Below, piece after piece: positions 57,827 to 64,000 of a DNA stretch of 64,000 nt. This DNA comes from Paramoeba atlantica. Taxonomy: Eukaryota; Protista; Discosea. The DNA is taken from assembly GCA_977017575.1 (NCBI GenBank), contig CDRNVI010000156.1:1-64000 (forward strand). Reading direction: 5' to 3'. The first letter of the stretch is position 1; every line of letters starts with the position of its first letter. The notes below the pieces were generated by a model. That model searched no databases. It worked only from the letters and a program-made list of their open reading frames with translations, and was not told the DNA's origin. The translations under genes were made by a program, and so were the position numbers.

Positions 57827-58230
57827 TGTTTTGTTTTTGTTTTGTTTTTGTTTTGTTTTTGTTTTGTTTTTGTTTTGTTTTTGTTTTGTTTTTGTTTTGT
57901 TTTTGTTTTGTTTTTGTTTTGTTTTTGTTTTGTTTTTGTTTTGTTTTTGTTTTGTTTTTGTTGATTTGATTTGTTTTGTTTTGTTTTGAATATTTTTTTG
58001 TTGGATTCTTTTATTTCTTGTTGTATTCTTCTTCTTCTTCTTGGTTCTTTTTATTGAATATTCACTTTTTTTTTAGATCCAATCGAAGAATGGCTCTTGT
58101 TCAATTCACGACCGTGGAAGAAGCAACCCACGCACTTGTGTATCTCCATGGTTTTAAGATGACTGAGACCTCACATATTCGTGTTTCCTTTTCCAAATCT
58201 AAGATTCATAAGGCTGGTGAACAAGCATGA
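55455..58230 (+). CDS. PTBP: Polypyrimidine tract-binding protein / hnRNP L family, 4 RRMs
   Basis: MDG/KRG start (8-nt first exon inferred); RRM1 [10 protein letters not shown]; RRM2 [12 protein letters not shown]; [15 protein letters not shown]; RRM3 [13 protein letters not shown]; RRM4 ending SFSKS. Confidence 0.92.
57797..57960. repeat. (gttttgttttt)n 11-bp-period microsatellite in the last PTB intron
   Basis: Read directly. Confidence 0.95.
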
Positions 58231-58528
58231 AAAGAGAAAAAAAAAACAAAAAAAACAAAACCAAAAACAAAAACAAAAAAAAAAGAAAAAAAAAAGCAAA
58301 AATGTGAAGAAGATCTTCACAAATGATCTCATTTTGGGGGACAAGGAAACGAGAGAAGGTGTTTTTTCTCCTTTTTTTTTTTTGTAAAAAAGAAAAAATT
58401 ATCATAAAAAAAAAATTCTTTTCAAAAAAAATTCTTCTCTTTTCTTTCTTTTTCTTTCTTTTCTCTTTCTTTTTCAAAAAAGTCTTTCTTTTTAACGGTC
58501 TTCTCTTTCGGGGAAAACCAAAAAAAAG

Positions 58529-59805
58529 ATGGTTTTCGAACTGATTGGTGGTCTCATTTCTTTGGTTCTTCTTCTCATTCCCGTTTTTCTTATTCCTCTC
58601 TCTCTTTTGTGGGATTTTGAGTTCAGTTTGACAATTTCTTTTGCGTTTGTCTCTGGTCATTTTCTCTTGTTTTTTTTGAAACAATTCCAAAAGAAAGAAG
58701 TCCACTCTCTTTTCGATTTCTTCTTCTTCCTCTTTTTCATTCCTTTATGTTTTCTGTTCTTTTCCCCCCAATTCCCCTTTCTTTTCCAATTCTACGGAAT
58801 GGTTGTCAATCTCTCTCGAGGAATTGTATTGGGAATTGAAGCATTTCAAGCATCTCGTTTGTTTTGTTTGGTTGGTCAAATTGGTGCAAATCATTCTGAT
58901 TCTTTTGGCGATGAGGATTCTTCAAATCGTTGGAACTATTTTTTGGTTTTTGTTTCTTCCTTTTGTAATTCTTTCTCTTTTTATCTCTTTTATCTTGCGG
59001 TGGTCCAAACTTCCTCTCTCGATTTCTTTTCGACTTCTCTCCTTTCGGGAACAGCTTCTTCTTTTGTGACAATCTTCTTTGTCATTTTGATTTATCGAAG
59101 ACTTTCTTCTTCTTCCTCTCTTCGGGGGAATCTTCTTGATGTTAGTTTCTTGGGATTGTATTTGTCTTTTATTGTTTGGATTTCAGTTTCTGATCATTCT
59201 CTTTTTTTCTCTGTTGAAGAAGAATCAAGACAACAACAACAACAACAACATCTTCAACATCTTCAACCATCAGATGCCAAATCATTCTTTTTGTTTTCTC
59301 CTTCTCTCTTTGACTGGATTTCAGAAACTTTGTCGTTTCCAATCTCCTTCAAAAATCGTCTGACCATCTTCTTTCTTTCTTTTGGACTTGAACATGTTTT
59401 TTCGCTCTTTTGTTCTCTGGCATCGGTTCTCTCTCTTTCTGTCACATTTTATTCAGATCAATTTGATGAAATTGAATTTGGTGGATGGGATTTTTCCAAT
59501 CTTCTCCAGGTCTGTTGTTTCTTTTCTCTTCTTCTTTTTTGTTTGTTTGTTTGATTTGGAGGAGAGAGAGAGAGAAAAAAAAAGAGAGAACAAGTTCAGA
59601 AAAGAAGGAAGAACCTGAGATTCATTTATTGATGATTTGACAAACCATTTAGGCAATATCTTTGTTCTTGTACACAAACATTCTCTACACAATCACAGAT
59701 AATGTTGCTTTTTCATCTGAAAGTGGAAGAATCATTCAAGTGATTGTGGCCATTGCTTCGTATGGTTTCGTCGTTTGTTTCCCTCTCTTACAAAATGAAT
59801 TTTGA
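58529..59805 (+). CDS. Multi-pass membrane protein, ICE2-like (fungal ER protein family)
   Basis: Several hydrophobic segments; GIEAF..L..LVGQ, W..FL..VS, RGNLLDVSFLGLY and terminal LYTNIL..RIIQV resemble ICE2 as I recall it. Last exon inferred at about 59654-59805. Confidence 0.55.
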
Positions 59806-60092
59806 ACAAAAAAAATAAGAAAAGGGACAACCAAAAGTTGTTCAAAGAAAACAAAACAAAAAGAAAAAGAAACAAAAGAGAAAAAAACCAAAACAAAAAA
59901 AAAAAAACAAAAAGAGAAAAAGAAATCTTTTTTGATTTCGCCAAACAAAACCAAAACGAACCAAAAAAGGAGAAGAAAAGATAAAAATGTCAAAGGACGT
60001 CAAAAAAACCATTTTTTTGACTCTGAAAAAACGCTCACGTCACAACGCTTTTTTTTCTCTTTTTTTCCTCTCTCTTTCTTCCTCTTCTCAAG

Positions 60093-61058
60093 ATGGTTTG
60101 TTTTTTCTCCTTTTTCCCTCTCTCTCTCTCTTGAACCCAATAACCAATTTACCTGTGTTCTCGATCTAATATTGCCATCAAATTCCCACATTCAAAAAAT
60201 TGTGTTCAATCGCAGTTTTAACAAAGTTCTAACGACTTGCCAATTTTTTAACAGCCTTACAAGCGTTGTGTTCAAGTCGGGCGAGTGGTTTTGATCAACT
60301 TTGGCCCACAAGTTGGCAAACTTGCTGTCATTGTCAATGTCCTTGACCAAAATCGCGTATGTTCTTCGTTTCAATTCTCCCTTTTAACCCCATCTATGAT
60401 TTTTTATTTTTTCTGTGCACACTCCTCTCTCTTCTCGGGAGAAAAAGGCTGAAAAACCCCAAACACAACAAAAACACAACAAAAACACAACAACAAACAC
60501 AACAAACAAATTTCCTTATCAACATTTCCCATCAGGTCCAAATTGACGGCCCATTGTCCAATGTCTCCCGACAAGTGATCAACCTCAAGAGATTGTCCTT
60601 GACCGACTTCACCATCAAAATTCAACATGGTGCTCGTCAAGCCACTGTTGCAGCAGCTTGGAAGAAGGCTGATGTCTCTGCTAAGGTAAATTGAAAAACA
60701 AAATTAATTCTTTTTTCTTTTTCATTCTTTTTTCATTCTTTTTTATTGATGTTTGTTTTCCCTTCCAGTGGGAACAAACCGCTTGGGCCCAAAAGAGAGC
60801 AGCCAAGACTCACCGTGCTGAGATGACCGATTTCGATCGTTTCCGCCTCATGAAAGCAAGAAAGAGGGTTTTATTTTTTATTTATTTATTAAAAAATCTT
60901 TTTGTGAAAGCAAAAAGAAGACAAGAATTGAGTGTAAAAAAATGAAAAGACTTTTATTGGTTCAAAAAAATCAGACCACTTACCCTTTCTTGTAGCGATC
61001 ACATGTCATCAATAGCGAGACCAACCGTCTTTTGAAGGAAGCAAAGAAGGCTCAATAA
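60093..61058 (+). CDS. RPL14: 60S ribosomal protein eL14, 5 exons
   Basis: [55 protein letters not shown]../[19 protein letters not shown]. Confidence 0.97.
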
Positions 61059-61207
61059 AGCAGAGTGGTTGTTAATTCTTTCCCCCTCCCGTCTCTTCTC
61101 AACTTTTTTTCTCCTTTTTGATGCGCTGTGAAATCGTTTGTGTGTGGAGATGTTGGTTTTTGTGCCCTTTTTTCCTTGGGTTTATTCATCTGTCAGTTCG
61201 AACCAAA

Positions 61208-61445
61208 GCACCATAAAAATGGGCATAAAGATAAAACCATTTTATGTTTCAAAAGTTCTGGTGCAACAATTTGAGGTTGAGCGTCCATTTTGTTGGAGTT
61301 GTGCTTTTCTATCGATTTCAGGGGAGAGTCAACCAAAAGACATTTTCTTTTTTAGAAATGTGTTATTTATTAGCTGATTCAGCACCAATTATTGTGGGCA
61401 TGAAACTTGTTTCCTACGTGTCCATTATGCTTTGGTGCAATAGAG
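61208..61445 (+). ncRNA. Two related hairpins (61208-61271, 61382-61445) followed by ACA/ATA; candidate H/ACA-like RNAs
   Basis: Both have a gcacca...tggtgc closing stem, an internal tgggcat and ccatt core, and aACA or aATA right after the stem. Folding judged by eye only. Confidence 0.35.
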
Positions 61446-61835
61446 GAGCATTTTTGTCATGATAACAAAGCAAAAGTTTTTAAACAAGCATTGTGATTAT
61501 GACCTTTTGATGCAAAATATTTGGATCGGACAATACAAACAGTTCATACACACCACACAACACAACACATTCTGTTTAAAAAACAAAAAACAAAGCGTTT
61601 GACAATTGTGAGGTGTGAGTCTTCCATTGTGCATGTCTCATATGAAACAAACGCAAAAGAAAAACAGCCTCAGCAACATTAAATTTAAACTTCTCTTTGA
61701 TATCAAAGAATGTGTTTGAATTAATATTGATGGGTGCTGATATCCAAAAAGTGACTCCTGACTCTCTGTGTGTGTGTTGTTTGTGTGGTGTGTACTCAAC
61801 AAAAATGAGTGTTGTGATTTTTGAATATCTCTTTT

Positions 61836-62150
61836 GGGATTTATGCTTTTGCTAGTGGGAAGATGAAATAATAAGTACAACATCTTCCTGTGGAGAAAAG
61901 CTGGGCATATTTTGCATCGGCTCATGCGAATAACACAGGAAAATATTTGTTGTGTTGTTCGTGATTCTTTGATGCGTTTTTTATTTTGTTGTTGGTTGTT
62001 TCTTGGAATTTATGCTTTTGCTAGTGGGAAGATGAAATAATAAATACAACATCTTCCTGTGGAGAAAAGCTGGACATCTGTTGCATCGGCTCATGCAAAC
62101 AACACAGGAAAATATTTGTTGTGTTGTTCGTGATTCTTTGATGCGTTTTT
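61836..62150. repeat. Direct duplication of about 145 bp (offset 169 bp) containing a conserved hairpin; candidate ncRNA pair
   Basis: Copies at about 61836-61982 and 62004-62150; each has ACAACA, then ttcctgtg...ttgcat-cggctc-atgc(g/a)a...cacaggaa, then aATA. Confidence 0.85.
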
Positions 62151-62321
62151 GTTAGTTGTTGGTATTTGTTTGTTTATCAGAGAGAGAGAGAGAGAGGGAG
62201 AAGAAAAGAGGGAGAAGAAAAGTAGGAAAATAAATAAGAATAATAAATAAATAAAAAAAAAAAGAGTCGTTAGTAGATTATGAACATTATATGAAGTTAT
62301 TTAGTTTAAAATGAGTTTTTT

Positions 62322-63551
<1,230 letters not shown>

Positions 63552-64000
63552 GGCGACGGAGGAGAGAGAAGGAAGAGAGGAAAAAGAAGAAAAAGAAAAA
63601 AAAGAGAAAAAGTTTTTTTTGAGTGCATTTCTCATACAAAAAAATCTTTTTCCCCAAGTGACGCTATTTCCTTTTTTGAACATTTAATAATTTCCTTTAT
63701 TTGGAAATTATCTTTATTTGGAAACAGTGAATGAAATGACGAAACGGGCAGAAAGAGTCGGTCTTTTTATCATTGTTTTTGGTTCTTTTCAAAGATGAAA
63801 ATAACCAATCTATTTTGGGGAGTGGTAGGAGAAAATATCAAAAACAACCGGTCTTCTTTCTTTTTGCTTTTGAAATTAACGTTCTGTTTGTCCCTTCAAA
63901 AAGAGAGAAGAAAATATCGAACTGGTGAAGGGGAAAAAAGAAGCTATGGATGAGAGGTCTTTTATTCCTCCTCTCCACTTTTCTTCTGAGGGAGTGGAGG

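Overview
AT-rich, intron-dense eukaryotic (protist-like, plausibly amoebozoan; inference only) genomic window with GT-AG introns that are CT/T-rich and low-complexity. Most short ORF-track entries are shadows of that low-complexity DNA, so I rebuilt gene models by hand-splicing; exon boundaries are approximate. Left half (0.4-34.7 kb) is accessory and paralog-rich: an inverted pair of RING-Bbox-Bbox-coiled-coil-NHL (TRIM-NHL-like) genes, a C1-domain PI3K with an intronic tRNA-Asp, an atypical N-myristoylated CAAX-less Ras, two tandem ankyrin genes, and a 15-kb array of nine paralogous secreted proteins. Each array protein has a signal peptide, two MRH lectin-like domains and an 8-Cys C-terminal domain resembling DUF3011/ADEL lectins. 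Right half is mostly housekeeping: RECQL4, two SAM-SAM-PB1 genes, two unknown genes, an Rrp6-like exonuclease lacking its catalytic residues, a dynamin-related protein, PTB, an ICE2-like membrane protein, RPL14 and RPL5, with duplicated hairpins (candidate H/ACA-like RNAs) between the two ribosomal protein genes. The strongest candidate for an undescribed system is the nine-gene MRH-MRH-Cys-domain lectin array. All family assignments come from motif recognition, not database searches.
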